DNA from: Candidatus Binatia bacterium
GTDB taxonomy: Bacteria; Desulfobacterota; Binatia; HRBIN30; BPIQ01
Direction: 5' to 3'
Length of the DNA stretch: 64,000 nt
NCBI GenBank assembly: GCA_026004195.1
Contig: BPIQ01000001.1
Location: 653,871 to 717,870 of the forward strand
The position numbers and the translations under genes were made by a program. Below are positions 30,201 to 39,056 of this stretch, in pieces. Below the pieces are notes generated by a model, which had not been told where the DNA came from, searched no databases, and saw nothing but the letters and a program-made list of their open reading frames with translations. Within the stretch, counting starts at the first letter, position 1. Every line of letters starts with the position of its first letter.

Positions 30201-31759
30201 CCTCGACGGCGACGGCCACGTTTTCCGCCACACCTTCCCGAACTCCCACGAACACACGCACGCCGACCATCACCCGAACTCCCACGAACACGCGCACGCC
30301 GACGAGGACCCCCACCCCACCGCCCACCTCGGAGATCACCGCGACTCCTTCGGCGACTCTCACGGCCACGCCGAGCCCCGCTCCCACGACTCCCACCCCG
30401 ACGCCCGAATCTCCTACGCGCACCCCCACCGCTTCCGCGACTTCCACTCCTGCTTCCGCCTCTCCGACGCCGACAGCGAGCGAGGTCCCGACCGGCTCGC
30501 CGACCACGACGCCGGCCGAGGGCACGCCGACACCGACCGCCCCCACGGCGGCGCCGACTCCGAGCCCCACTGCATCCGCTTCCCCGTCTCCCACGGCCAC
30601 CGCGAGCTCGCTTCCCACTCCCGGCGTCGATCTACTCATTCTGAGCGGCCCCGAAACCCAGCCCTGCGTCTTCGACGTCGCGGCGAGTCTCATCGGCTTC
30701 GGTAACGCCTCGACACCGCTTTCGCGAATCGGGAACGACCCGCTCTTTTCCGACCCCACGGAGCTACGCTCCCGATACCGCGCCATCGTCGTCCCGGGGG
30801 GCCTGTCTCCGGCGGATTTCACGCAACTCGCGCGCCTGGTCGCTCCCGGAGGAGTTCTTTCGGAATTCGCGCGGCTCGGTGGCTCGCTCGTCCTCGACCT
30901 CCGGGGGTCGTTGCCCGACCCGCCGCCCGACGCCCTGGCTCCACGGGGCGTGAACGCGGACCTGAGCCGCACGCACGCGACGGGTGTCATCGTCGCCCCT
31001 TCCCATCCTTACTTCACGGGCTTCGGCTTCGCCGGAAGGATGCTCGGACCGGATGACTTCGAGGGCTGGGACCCCGTCGACCAGGGAAGCCTCACCGACA
31101 TCGGCGATGCGACGATCCTCGTCGGCAACGAAAGCCTGGCTCCCTCGATGATCGAGTACGCCTGGGGAAGCGGAAAGGTGATCGCCACGACCCTCAACTT
31201 CTGTGCGCAGGGCGCGAACGGGCCCGACCGTCCGGCCCTCGAGAATCTCCTGCGCTACGCGAGGTTCTTTTCCGGCACGGCCCTCACCCCGGCTCCTACG
31301 TTCACACCGACCTGGACTCCCACCGACACCCCGGTACCGCCCACTCCGACACGGACGCCCACCGGGCGGGCCACGGCCACGCCGACCCCTTCGCCGTCCC
31401 CCACCACCACCTTGCCGACGCTGCGTCCCGGAGACATCGACCGGAACGGGAAGCTCGAAGAGGCCGATCTGCGACTTCTCCTGCGGCTGCTCTTCGAGTT
31501 CAGCGGGATACCGGTTTCCGCCTCCGGTGCTCCGCGCGAAGCGGACGCGAACTTCGACGACTTTCTCACCGCGGCGGACGTCGTGGGATGGCTCGCCGCC
31601 CGCGCGGCCGAAAACGAGCGCCCGCCGTTCCAGGACAACGCCGGACCCGCCCTGCAAATCCCCTACCGCAAGGCCCTCCGCGGGAACGCGATCCGACCTC
31701 GCCCCTACGGCGCGAAGAGTGGTTCGCGCTCCTTCGGGGGTCCCGCGGCTTCCACGTAG
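27278..31759 (+). CDS. giant secreted multidomain protein with tandem duplicated ~400-aa domains, Pro/Thr linkers and a C-terminal dockerin-like module
   Basis: 1493 aa with an N-terminal signal peptide (alternative start at MFPRVL). Domains A (aa ~45-430) and B (~565-985) share collinear blocks, including LNGFE, WACxRT..SxRRIRSW and [11 protein letters not shown]. Thr/Pro-rich linkers are encoded at about 28.54-28.98, 30.06-30.61 and 31.29-31.41 kb. The tail [14 protein letters not shown] + [12 protein letters not shown] forms two EF-hand-like dockerin loops. Confidence 0.8.
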   Translation: MARRTTPRTHASPRMFPRVLSRAVLPAFLGMLLFAPPALCQPRGIQQLNGFEGGGAGDYTTQGATVVEPELFPPPDPPPEGVFGFVARSGRFVLRTRSVSGEVSYAEAALPVAANQVSDGIWACFRTLPSSPRRIRSWWAGTTPVFELWLEPDGRVRLQAGARSEISTTAMADCTFDFTHYEVLYFANGSLTLRVGGFVEATLFPGLSSPVDRTRIGPDEPSGGSLELFWDDHTFGQSSLFHGELRIASLHPTQDGQFAEWTAQTNRTGPPCDDLGLFGCVLERPPDGEETLVSSDAAGTRASFCHETTADLFLFGEMLAVKTLAIARGDPGAGFELGLELDSPACGGTSGGVPVASPFSPDSSFRGFARVDEVNPLGPAPWQGIDIDRTEIFLAQASDGARVEVTQVFQEVAYDTTGFPTPTLSPSPTPTVTPSPTKTRTFTPTATPSVTPTVTRTPTPSPTPTVSPTPTPSRTPTPSPTPTPTPTATPSRTPTLTATPSPTPTRTPTPTPTTSPTPSFSPSSTPSPLPTPTGTFTPSATPSHTPSPSPTATFTPTPLPTATPTSPLRALTHLNGFEAGSREDYRVGAGVPTATSLARSGLWGMGTASAGAPEYLFFELASPTGVFTDGFWACRRTSSLSASRRIRSWLSSPVIAVVSLYLEPDFRVSVRVEGTPLGTSSTPMSACPNFTRYELQYEAGGFVRLRVDGSQEVEATHASTATIVRSHIGPDTTGSPVDLVWDDHTFSPSLVFPGELQIRGLAVTTDEQITGWGSGGGCGVPGLFTCVRDVPPNESLFVQTTLDGARIAFCHEPTSEAGIFGSILALKVTAHARRESQSVQSPMNLFVRTDAPACGGADPQRHDAPANFVPEVFYQGFGRILETNPRTGLPWTGAEIDRTSVGVTHFNDNEAARLAQVHVSVAFDTTGFPSPTATPSRTPTPTPTPRPPTPTASFSPTNSPTPTRTASSTPTPNPTSTATATFSATPSRTPTNTRTPTITRTPTNTRTPTRTPTPPPTSEITATPSATLTATPSPAPTTPTPTPESPTRTPTASATSTPASASPTPTASEVPTGSPTTTPAEGTPTPTAPTAAPTPSPTASASPSPTATASSLPTPGVDLLILSGPETQPCVFDVAASLIGFGNASTPLSRIGNDPLFSDPTELRSRYRAIVVPGGLSPADFTQLARLVAPGGVLSEFARLGGSLVLDLRGSLPDPPPDALAPRGVNADLSRTHATGVIVAPSHPYFTGFGFAGRMLGPDDFEGWDPVDQGSLTDIGDATILVGNESLAPSMIEYAWGSGKVIATTLNFCAQGANGPDRPALENLLRYARFFSGTALTPAPTFTPTWTPTDTPVPPTPTRTPTGRATATPTPSPSPTTTLPTLRPGDIDRNGKLEEADLRLLLRLLFEFSGIPVSASGAPREADANFDDFLTAADVVGWLAARAAENERPPFQDNAGPALQIPYRKALRGNAIRPRPYGAKSGSRSFGGPAAST
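28540..28985. repeat. low-complexity coding repeat (Pro/Thr linker 1)
   Basis: Reiterated ACGCC/CCCAC/CCGAC triplets encode (T/S)P repeats. They create spurious ORFs on both strands. Confidence 0.7.
30060..30615. repeat. low-complexity coding repeat (Pro/Thr linker 2)
   Basis: Same PT-codon reiteration, including near-duplicate CGAACTCCCACGAACAC units (TPTNTRTPT). Confidence 0.7.
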
Positions 31760-32109
31760 GCGAGAAGGGCGCGCTCGAGCTCGCGCACGCTCGCGAGCAC
31801 GCGGTCCCGCAGCTCCGGGTGCTCCTCGGTCTTCGAACCCAGCGCGTACTGCCCGGTCACGATCGTCCTGTAGCGTTCCTCGCCCTCGTCGGCGAAATCC
31901 GTCGCCTCGAAAACGACCATCGTGTCCCCGTCCGGAGAGTTCCGCACCGTGATCGTGCTGATGAGACGGATCCGCGGGACGGGCTCCGCCGTGGGCTTCG
32001 GAGTCGGTTCGTACCATCCGAGCTCCTGCACCACGGGTGGCGGAGCGACGGCCCAGACGAAGGGTAGGAGAGAAAAAACCCAGAGGAGCGTCCACTTCGA
32101 GAACCGCAT
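31705..32109 (-). CDS. small secreted hypothetical protein
   Basis: Internal ATG gives signal peptide [22 protein letters not shown]. 134 aa. Its 3' end overlaps the giant gene 3' end by about 55 bp on the opposite strand. Confidence 0.5.
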   Translation of the reverse strand: MRFSKWTLLWVFSLLPFVWAVAPPPVVQELGWYEPTPKPTAEPVPRIRLISTITVRNSPDGDTMVVFEATDFADEGEERYRTIVTGQYALGSKTEEHPELRDRVLASVRELERALLAYVEAAGPPKEREPLFAP

Positions 32110-32172
32110 TCGTTTCCTCCAAGAGCCACGCGCGACCTTATCGGCACGCCGGGACCTTTGCAAAGCCGGGTT

Positions 32173-33528
32173 TCACGGGGCGCGGCAGTTCGGGTCGGGG
32201 TGGAGACAGGGAGCGCGGACGACGATCTCGCGTTCGTTGCCGACGTTCCCCCCGACGTCACGCAAACGAACCTTGAGACGCGTGTCGCCGGGCGGGAAAG
32301 CCATCTCGAGTGCCACCCGTCCGCAGAACTGGACGGTGGAGGCGGGGTCGATCGTGGCGAAGCGGCCGAGCGGGTCCAGCGTGCAGGGCTCCGCTGGCTC
32401 CTTGGCCTCGAAGCGGCAGCCGAAGTCGTTGAGTGCATCCGAAACCGCCGGGTTTCCCTCGAAATCGGGGGGATCGACACCGGGAACTCCTCCCGTGGGT
32501 CTCGGGGTCGGAAGGCTGGGCTCGCACACGAGAGGGTTTCCGTCACCGAGCTTTTTCGAGGAAAGGATCTGGATGTCGGGACGACCTCCGGGGTTGAAAA
32601 CCTGCCGGCCCACGCGGAGCCCGCTCGTGCCCCTGCGGCCTTCGACCACGAGGAGGAAACCACTCGGAACCGGGCGGCAGAAAACGGGGATCCCCCCCTC
32701 GGTCACCTCGATCGGCGCGTCGCAGGGGTCGAACACTCCGTCGTCCCGCCTGGCGACGAAGGCCGTCACCTGCGGTCCGAAGGGCAGCGGTTCGGTGGGG
32801 GTGCGCGTCTGCGTGGCCGTCGGTGTGCGGGACGGCGAGGGCGTGGGGGTCGGAGTCGGTGTTCGCGTGGGCGTCCGGGTCAGGGACGGCGTGAACGTCA
32901 CGGTGGCAGTAGGGACGGGGGTGCGCGTCCGCGTGGGCGACGGCGTGAAGGTGGGGATTCTCGTTTCCGTCGGGGTCCGGGTCGCCGTTCCGGTTCGCGT
33001 GGGCGTGGGAGTGCGGGTGGGAGTGGCCGAGTGCGTGGGCGTGGGAGTACGGGTGGGAGTCCTCGAAGAGGTCACCGTGGGGGTAGGGCTCGCGGCGCGG
33101 GTCGCGGAGGGCGTGGCGGTCGGGGACCATGTGACGGTGCCGGTCGGGGTCGGAGTCGGAGTCCGGGAGAAGAATTCCGTCGGGGAGCCGGTCGGCGTGA
33201 CCGACGGAGATCCGGAGGGCGGAGTGCCGGTCGGAGTCTCCGTGGGAGACACGGAAACGGTCGCGGAAAAAGTGGGAGAAGGTGGGGTAGGCGAACTTCC
33301 GAAGAGGAAAAGGACCGCCACGAGGTCGGCGGCACCGACTCTGCCGTCGCCGTCGACGTCGGCTCCGGGACATCCTCCTTCTGCGAAGATCCCCTCGACG
33401 AGCGCCGGAAGGTCGGCGTCGTCGAGAAACCCGTCGCAGTTCGCGTCACCGGGAAAACCCGGCGCGGTCGCGAACGCCTGCGTGTGGCAGAGGAGACCGA
33501 GCCCCACAAGGAAGAGCGGAACCCGCAA
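32173..33528 (-). CDS. secreted protein with N-terminal dockerin-like double Ca-loop module, Pro/Thr linker and C-terminal Cys-containing domain
   Basis: Signal peptide [33 protein letters not shown] and [13 protein letters not shown] match DxNxDGxxxxxD loops. A PT-rich linker of about 175 aa precedes a roughly 200-aa C-terminal domain with 8 Cys. Confidence 0.75.
   Translation of the reverse strand: MRVPLFLVGLGLLCHTQAFATAPGFPGDANCDGFLDDADLPALVEGIFAEGGCPGADVDGDGRVGAADLVAVLFLFGSSPTPPSPTFSATVSVSPTETPTGTPPSGSPSVTPTGSPTEFFSRTPTPTPTGTVTWSPTATPSATRAASPTPTVTSSRTPTRTPTPTHSATPTRTPTPTRTGTATRTPTETRIPTFTPSPTRTRTPVPTATVTFTPSLTRTPTRTPTPTPTPSPSRTPTATQTRTPTEPLPFGPQVTAFVARRDDGVFDPCDAPIEVTEGGIPVFCRPVPSGFLLVVEGRRGTSGLRVGRQVFNPGGRPDIQILSSKKLGDGNPLVCEPSLPTPRPTGGVPGVDPPDFEGNPAVSDALNDFGCRFEAKEPAEPCTLDPLGRFATIDPASTVQFCGRVALEMAFPPGDTRLKVRLRDVGGNVGNEREIVVRAPCLHPDPNCRAP
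32780..33306. repeat. low-complexity coding repeat (Pro/Thr linker in dockerin-like protein)
   Basis: Reiterated GGNGTNGG on plus, encoding PT on the minus strand. Causes multiple artefactual overlapping ORFs. Confidence 0.7.
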
Positions 33529-33549
33529 GGGACGGCCTCTCTCGCTCGT

Positions 33550-34848
33550 TCAGCGATCCGCGAACGTGAACATCGTGATGCCGTCGCCCAGAATGGGCAG
33601 GTGGAGCTGCGGAGCCGCGAAGACGAGCCTACCGGGGCCACCTTCTCGCTCGAAGTCCGTGCAGGAAAAGTTCTCCCCGCGGAGCTCGAACTCGAGAGGT
33701 GGAACCCCGACGAGGGCGTTCGGATTCTCGACTCGTCCGAAAGACCGTTCGGTGGTGAACGCCAGAGCCAGAGAAATTCCCGTCCCCTCGTCCCCACAGG
33801 GCAGAGCGGATTCCTGCGAGAGCTCGACGGGAAACCCCTGGAGACCCAGTTGCGGAAGCGGCGCGATCACCATGGCCCCGGGGGAGACGTCGCGGTCGTC
33901 GGGCTGCACGACCCCCAAGGGGCCGTTGCAGACACCCGGATGCGGAGCACCCGCTCCCTCCACGAGACCTCCCGCCGCGAGGCAATCCTGTTCCGTAAAA
34001 CCGTCCACCCCCACCGTACCGAGCACGTGGTTCTGGACGAGCCCGGCGGAGAAAGACGCGCTCGGGCGGCACGAGAGAAGGATCGCGTCCCGGTCCACGA
34101 CCGTCTCGCCGTTCCGCTCTCCGCGGGCGACCGCACGCACCACCTGCCCTGCAGGACGACCGCAAGAGAGAAGCCCTGCCGCCGAGACCGGAGCCATCGG
34201 CTTCAGGCAAAGGACGAGACCGGCCAAGGCTCGGAGGTCGGCGAACAGGTATTCCGACGTGTCCACGATGTCCACGACGGCCACACCCGTCTGCGGGTCG
34301 GTCGGGCCCGCATGGAACACGATCTCGCCCTGGAAGGGCCCGAGGGCGAGACCGTTGACGCCGAACGACGAGCCACCGGGCGAGAGGACGAAACGCCGGG
34401 TGCCGATCTCGGGGCGGAATTGCCCGCGCAACGGCACCTCCACCGGAACGGGATCCGTGCAAGCCGATTCCCCGGCCGGCAGGAGCTCGCGGAGTGCGGC
34501 CGAGAGGCTCCGCGCGACACTCCCCCCTCGCAACCGGACGGCGGAAATTTCCACACCCGTCGGGTCGCAATCGGGAAGGTCCGGGTCGGGTGTCGCGAGA
34601 CACACCGAGAGCGAGAACGTGCACTTCCCGTCGACGGCTCCGTCCTCGTCGCACTCGGGATCGCCGTCGGCGCAGTCGACGACCCGCGATCCCGGTGCCC
34701 TCGGCTCCACTCCTCCCCACGTGAGGAGGCAATCCGTCGAACGTCGACCGCCGCCTTCGATTTCGCAGTTCTCGGGACAATCGGCCCCGGCGAGAACGGG
34801 CAAAAGGCAGAAAACGAGCGCCGAGGAAACGATGCCGAATCTTTTCAT
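33550..34848 (-). CDS. secreted cysteine-rich hypothetical protein
   Basis: Internal ATG with GGGGAAAG RBS. Signal peptide [22 protein letters not shown], then a Cys/Asp-rich N-terminal segment ([11 protein letters not shown]...[19 protein letters not shown]). 432 aa. No recognisable family. Confidence 0.6.
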   Translation of the reverse strand: MKRFGIVSSALVFCLLPVLAGADCPENCEIEGGGRRSTDCLLTWGGVEPRAPGSRVVDCADGDPECDEDGAVDGKCTFSLSVCLATPDPDLPDCDPTGVEISAVRLRGGSVARSLSAALRELLPAGESACTDPVPVEVPLRGQFRPEIGTRRFVLSPGGSSFGVNGLALGPFQGEIVFHAGPTDPQTGVAVVDIVDTSEYLFADLRALAGLVLCLKPMAPVSAAGLLSCGRPAGQVVRAVARGERNGETVVDRDAILLSCRPSASFSAGLVQNHVLGTVGVDGFTEQDCLAAGGLVEGAGAPHPGVCNGPLGVVQPDDRDVSPGAMVIAPLPQLGLQGFPVELSQESALPCGDEGTGISLALAFTTERSFGRVENPNALVGVPPLEFELRGENFSCTDFEREGGPGRLVFAAPQLHLPILGDGITMFTFADR

Positions 34849-34990
34849 GCGCTTTCCCCCCGGAAGACTCGCGGAGAGCGCAAGATAGAGTCTTCCGGGC
34901 GACGAATCAACGCACGGAAAACCGGCCCGGCCCTGCGACGTCGAATTCCTTTCCCGAACGATCGATCCGACCGCCGAACGGCACGCGCTC

Positions 34991-35710
34991 TCAGGGCCCC
35001 AGGATGCGGAGCTCCACGCGGCGGTTCCGCGCCCTTCCTTCGGGCGTGTCGTTCGACGCGATCGGTCTCGACTCGCCGTATCCGACCACCGAGAGCCGCG
35101 CCGGGTCGATGCCGGCCGCGACGAGATAACGGTAGACCGCTCGGGCACGGCGTTCGGAGAGCTTCTGGTTGTAAGCCTCGCTCGCGATCGAATCCGTGTG
35201 TCCTTCGATCACGACCTTGACGTCCGGATTCTCGCGGAGGATGGCCACGGCCTCCTCGAGCACGGGCCGGGCATCGGGACGGATATCGCTCTTGTCGTAG
35301 TCGAACTCGACCCCGCGCAGGATGATCTTTTTCTTGACGGGCCGGGGGGTCGGGGTCGGGGGTGGGAGCGTGGGGGTCGGTGTCGGTGTCGGAGCTTCCG
35401 GATCGAACACCATGTGGCCCACGAGGCCACAGAGCACGAGACCCACGGCCCCGCCGATCAGCGCCCCTTTCCACTGCTCCTTGTCGTCGCAAACGACGAC
35501 CGGGGGCTCCCCTTCGACGTTGAGCGCCGTGCATCCCGGCCGGTTGTTCTGGATGACCCACCCGGTTCCCGCCCCGACGGCGCCGCACGCGAGCGCCGGG
35601 ACGAGCGTGCCCTTCCCCCACGGCTTGCGCGCCATTCGCCGTGCGAAGTCGCATCCGCAGAGAACGAGCAGGCACGCGCAAGCGGCCACCAACGTTCGGC
35701 TTCTGAGCAT
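34991..35710 (-). CDS. OmpA-family protein (membrane N-terminal part + PT spacer + OmpA C-terminal peptidoglycan-binding domain)
   Basis: C-terminal ...FDYDKSDIRPDARPVLEE...NRRVELRI is the OmpA_C motif. A short PT spacer ([21 protein letters not shown]) links to a Gly-rich membrane N-terminal part. Confidence 0.8.
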   Translation of the reverse strand: MLRSRTLVAACACLLVLCGCDFARRMARKPWGKGTLVPALACGAVGAGTGWVIQNNRPGCTALNVEGEPPVVVCDDKEQWKGALIGGAVGLVLCGLVGHMVFDPEAPTPTPTPTLPPPTPTPRPVKKKIILRGVEFDYDKSDIRPDARPVLEEAVAILRENPDVKVVIEGHTDSIASEAYNQKLSERRARAVYRYLVAAGIDPARLSVVGYGESRPIASNDTPEGRARNRRVELRILGP

Positions 35711-35778
35711 ACGGGAAAACCTGCGCTCGGGAGTTTTTAGTTTTTCAGAACCCGGGGCCGTTTTTCAAAAGAAAAACG
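35711..35778. promoter_or_regulatory. AT-rich intergenic region upstream of ompA-family gene
   Basis: Local GC drops sharply (TTTTTAGTTTTTCAG...TTTTTCAAAAGAAAAACG). This is a likely promoter or terminator region between minus-strand genes. No clean hairpin was identified. Confidence 0.3.
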
Positions 35779-36252
35779 CTACGGGACCGATTTCCCTCCG
35801 GGCTCGGGCGGCAGAGGTACGAGCCGGACGAGCACGATCCGTCCTTCTTCCACTTTCTTCGCGCTCGGCCGGTAAAAGCCGAGCCAAGCGAGCCAGTACT
35901 TCCGGGCGTAGAGTTCGCCGAGCCGCTCGGCGAGGCCGGGATCCGTCGAGAGTTCGGCGCGTGCAGCCACGAACGGACCGTCGGGGGAGAGCCCGACGAA
36001 AAGCCGACGACCCTTCCGGGCCCTCCTGGCCTTGTAGCTCGTCGGTTTCGTGTTGATCCAGAGCTCGCCGTCGAGAAGCCCGAACCAGACCGGCGCCGCC
36101 GGGCTCCGCGTCCCGTCCTTTCTTTCGGAAGCCACGTAAATCGTCTTCGCCCGCTCGAGCTCCCGCCGCATCTCGGGAGGCCACCCGACGGCGAACGCCG
36201 ACCCGGCCACCGCGATCCAGAACAGCACCGACCTTCCGACCGACCGTCTCAT
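35779..36252 (-). CDS. DUF2255-like protein with N-terminal signal-like sequence
   Basis: C-terminal 157 aa of ORF 35779..36927. Its ATG overlaps the purM stop (ATGA). ELERAKTIYVASERKDGTRS...PVWFGLLDGELWI... matches the DUF2255 pattern. The hydrophobic N-terminus is MRRSVGRSVLFWIAVAGSAFA. Confidence 0.6.
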   Translation of the reverse strand: MRRSVGRSVLFWIAVAGSAFAVGWPPEMRRELERAKTIYVASERKDGTRSPAAPVWFGLLDGELWINTKPTSYKARRARKGRRLFVGLSPDGPFVAARAELSTDPGLAERLGELYARKYWLAWLGFYRPSAKKVEEGRIVLVRLVPLPPEPGGKSVP

Positions 36253-37307
36253 GGCATTTTCTCCCCGACCTTCGGCTTCTCGAAGCGTGCGGCACGCGGG
36301 CCGCGTCGGATCTCGCCGATCCACCAAGCCTGCTCTCCCCCGCGCCCGAGTTCCCCGAGGAGCTCGGGGGCGACCTTCCTCTCGACGACGAGCACGAACC
36401 CCACCCCCATGTTGAACGTCCGGTACATTTCTCTCTCCCCGACGGGCCCGAGCCGAGCGACGAGGTCGAAAATCGGCGGGACCGGCCACGTACCCTTCCA
36501 GAACACGACCCCGTGCCCCTCCGGCAGCACACGCGGGACGTTCTCGACGAGTCCTCCGCCCGTGATGTGAGCCATGGCCTTGACCCGGAAGCGCGTCAGG
36601 ATCCGGCGGACGAGCGGGACGTAAATCCTGGTCGGCCGCAAGAGCTCGTCGGCGAGCCTGCAGCCGAGCTCCGGAATGCGCGCGTCGAGGGGGAGCGCGG
36701 CTTTGTCGAGAAGGACGCGGCGCACCAGCGAGAAGCCGTTGCTGTGGAGGCCCGCCGAAGCGAGGCCGATCACGGCATCCCCCTCCCGCACGTCCCGGCC
36801 GTCGACGACTTTTTTCTCCTCGACCACGCCGACGACGAAGCCCGCAAGATCGTACTCCCCGCCGGGGTAGAACGACGGCAGCTCCGCGATTTCCCCGCCC
36901 ACCAGCGCGCAACCGGCCTCCCTGCACCCCTCGGCGATGCCCGCGAGGACTTCCTTCGCCACGCGCGTTTCGAGCCTTCCGGTCGCGAAGTAGTCGAGGA
37001 ACACGAGCGGCTCCGCCCCGAGCGTGAGTACGTCGTTGACGTTCATCGCCACGAGGTCGATTCCCACCTCGCGATGCCGTGCCGCGGCCAGGGCCACGCG
37101 CAGTTTCGTCCCCACGCCGTCCGTGGACGCGACCCAGAGGGGCCGGCGGTACCGGCGCGGCGCGCGGAAGAGAGCCCCGAACCCGCCGATGCCCCGGAGA
37201 ACCTCGGGCCGCGAGGTCTTCCGTGCGAGCTCGGCGATCGTATCCACCAGCCGACTCGCCCTGCGCGCGTCGACCCCTGCCGATCGGTAACTCAGCCCTC
37301 GCGCCAT
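36249..37307 (-). CDS. purM: phosphoribosylformylglycinamidine cyclo-ligase (AIR synthetase)
   Basis: Internal ATG of ORF 36249..38546. MARGLSYRSAGVD...DGVGTKL...HITGGG. 352 aa. Confidence 0.9.
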   Translation of the reverse strand: MARGLSYRSAGVDARRASRLVDTIAELARKTSRPEVLRGIGGFGALFRAPRRYRRPLWVASTDGVGTKLRVALAAARHREVGIDLVAMNVNDVLTLGAEPLVFLDYFATGRLETRVAKEVLAGIAEGCREAGCALVGGEIAELPSFYPGGEYDLAGFVVGVVEEKKVVDGRDVREGDAVIGLASAGLHSNGFSLVRRVLLDKAALPLDARIPELGCRLADELLRPTRIYVPLVRRILTRFRVKAMAHITGGGLVENVPRVLPEGHGVVFWKGTWPVPPIFDLVARLGPVGEREMYRTFNMGVGFVLVVERKVAPELLGELGRGGEQAWWIGEIRRGPRAARFEKPKVGEKMP

Positions 37308-37367
37308 GGAGAAAGAACGTCGCTCTTGTCTTGACCGCGCCCGGCGAGACCCGTATGGGAAGGCGCC

Positions 37368-38558
37368 GTGCGCGTCTTCGGGTCGAAGGAAACGCTCGGG
37401 TTCCTCGCCTGCCTTTTCGTCCTGTTCCCCGCCCCCTCTTACGCGGAGCCCTACCTCGCCCTTCGGGCCGGCGAGCCCTGCGACGCCTGTCATACCAACA
37501 TGACCGGCGGTGGCAAGCGGACGGACCTCGTAGCCATGCACGCGCGCGAGATTCTCCGCTACCCGCGCTGGCTCGGAACGTTCTTCGCCGACGCGGACCG
37601 CTTCACGGGAGAGCTTCACCCCCGCGTGTCCCTCGGCGCGGATCTCCGGACTTCCTACACCGCCCTCTTCCAGGACGAACCCGACGAACGAGGGCTCGTC
37701 GAGAACAACACGGCCTTTCGGGACTTTCACGAAAGCCGCCTCGACGTGACGCAGGCCACGGGCTTCCTCGAGCTCGAACTTTTCACGGACCGGCTGGCCC
37801 TCTACGTCGACCAGCGCCTTTCGCCCACGACGGACAACCGCGAAGCGTTCGCGTTGCTGCGGGGGCTTCCCTGGAACGGCTTTCTCAAGGTGGGACGGAT
37901 GTTCCTGCCCTACGGCCTCCAGCTCCAGGACGACCGGGCTTTTGTCCGCGACGGCTACGAAGGCGTCTCGCCACGAACCGGCTTCAGTTTCGACGCGAGC
38001 CAGGGTGCACTGGAGCTCGGAATCCGACCCGGCCCGTTCCGTTTCGTCACGGCGGTGTCCGAGGGCCGCGGCGGGGACAGAGACGTGCAGTGGACGGGCA
38101 CCGGGAGCCTCTGGCTCGGCGAACTCCCGTGGGTCGACCACGCGATGCTCGGAGGATCCTTTTCCCTCGACGACGCGGGCGACGATCCGACCTGGCTTCT
38201 CGGCGCGTTCGGGGGTCTCTCCCGGGGCCCCGTCGTTCTGCTGGCCGAAGTCGACTTCCGCAGCGAGAAGGGAGAGACGACCGGCGGGGGACGACACGGC
38301 ACTTTTCTCGCTTATGCCGAGGCGAACTATCTCCTGTTCGGCTGGCTCAACGCCAAGCTCGCCTTCGATTACGCGGACGACGACGGAGACCTCCGGCAAC
38401 GGGCCGACGACAGCGAGAATCGGCTGAGTGTCGGCTTCGAGCCTTTTCTCTCCCGTTTTCTCCAGCTCCGCTTCTTCTACCGCGTGGGAAACGGCGTGAG
38501 GTCGAGACCCGAACACAATCGCGACGAGCTTCTGGCCGAGGCGCACCTCTTCTTCTGA
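37368..38558 (+). CDS. putative outer-membrane β-barrel protein with N-terminal CxxCH motif
   Basis: Signal peptide MRVFGSKETLGFLACLFVLFPAPSYA, then EPCDACH near the mature N-terminus. Alternating amphipathic strands and a C-terminal ...HLFF aromatic terminus. 396 aa. Confidence 0.6.
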   Translation: MRVFGSKETLGFLACLFVLFPAPSYAEPYLALRAGEPCDACHTNMTGGGKRTDLVAMHAREILRYPRWLGTFFADADRFTGELHPRVSLGADLRTSYTALFQDEPDERGLVENNTAFRDFHESRLDVTQATGFLELELFTDRLALYVDQRLSPTTDNREAFALLRGLPWNGFLKVGRMFLPYGLQLQDDRAFVRDGYEGVSPRTGFSFDASQGALELGIRPGPFRFVTAVSEGRGGDRDVQWTGTGSLWLGELPWVDHAMLGGSFSLDDAGDDPTWLLGAFGGLSRGPVVLLAEVDFRSEKGETTGGGRHGTFLAYAEANYLLFGWLNAKLAFDYADDDGDLRQRADDSENRLSVGFEPFLSRFLQLRFFYRVGNGVRSRPEHNRDELLAEAHLFF

Positions 38559-38579
38559 ACACCCCCGCGCCCCCCGTTT

Positions 38580-39017
38580 TCACGAATCGCCGGAGTCGGC
38601 ACGCGGAGCCCCGTCGAGGATCCAACCGACGATCAGAGCGATCTCGTCCTCGGAAAGCGGGGCTTCCCCGAGCGGCATGCGGCTGCCCTCGCCCGCCCGG
38701 GGCCCCCCGAGCTTGCGGACGAGAAAGCTTCGCTCCGGCTCGAACGGTGCCACCCGAAGATCTCCGGCCGCCCGCGCGGCGGGATTGTCCGGCTCGACGC
38801 CCACGAGCTCGTCGAAGGCGGCAGGCCCGGAAAGGTCGAGCCCGCCGGCCCGCGTCTGCGGAGAGTGGCAGGGCCCGGAGGTACAGCGCCGGTCGAAGAT
38901 CTCGCGCTGGATGCGTCCGAAGTCTCCACCGGTCGTGAACGCGACGGGCCCGTCACCGGCACAACCGAAAAGGCACAGGGCGGCCGCGCACCCGATCCGG
39001 CGGAGAAAGGCCCCCAC
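38580..39017 (-). CDS. lipoprotein with PSCyt1-like (Planctomycete-type cytochrome c) domain
   Basis: Lipobox LFGC, then IQREIFDRRCTSGPCHS...AGGLDLS...MPLGEAPLSEDEIALIVGWILDGA, matching the PSCyt1 layout but with CX4CH instead of CxxCH. 145 aa. Confidence 0.55.
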   Translation of the reverse strand: MGAFLRRIGCAAALCLFGCAGDGPVAFTTGGDFGRIQREIFDRRCTSGPCHSPQTRAGGLDLSGPAAFDELVGVEPDNPAARAAGDLRVAPFEPERSFLVRKLGGPRAGEGSRMPLGEAPLSEDEIALIVGWILDGAPRADSGDS

Positions 39018-39056
39018 GAGGCGACCCGGACGCGAGCAGCCGCGGAGAGGGTTCCC

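Noticed and set aside
36249-38546. 765-aa minus ORF upstream of purM
   Set aside because: It is antisense to the plus-strand β-barrel gene. Only the purM portion (to 37307) is real.
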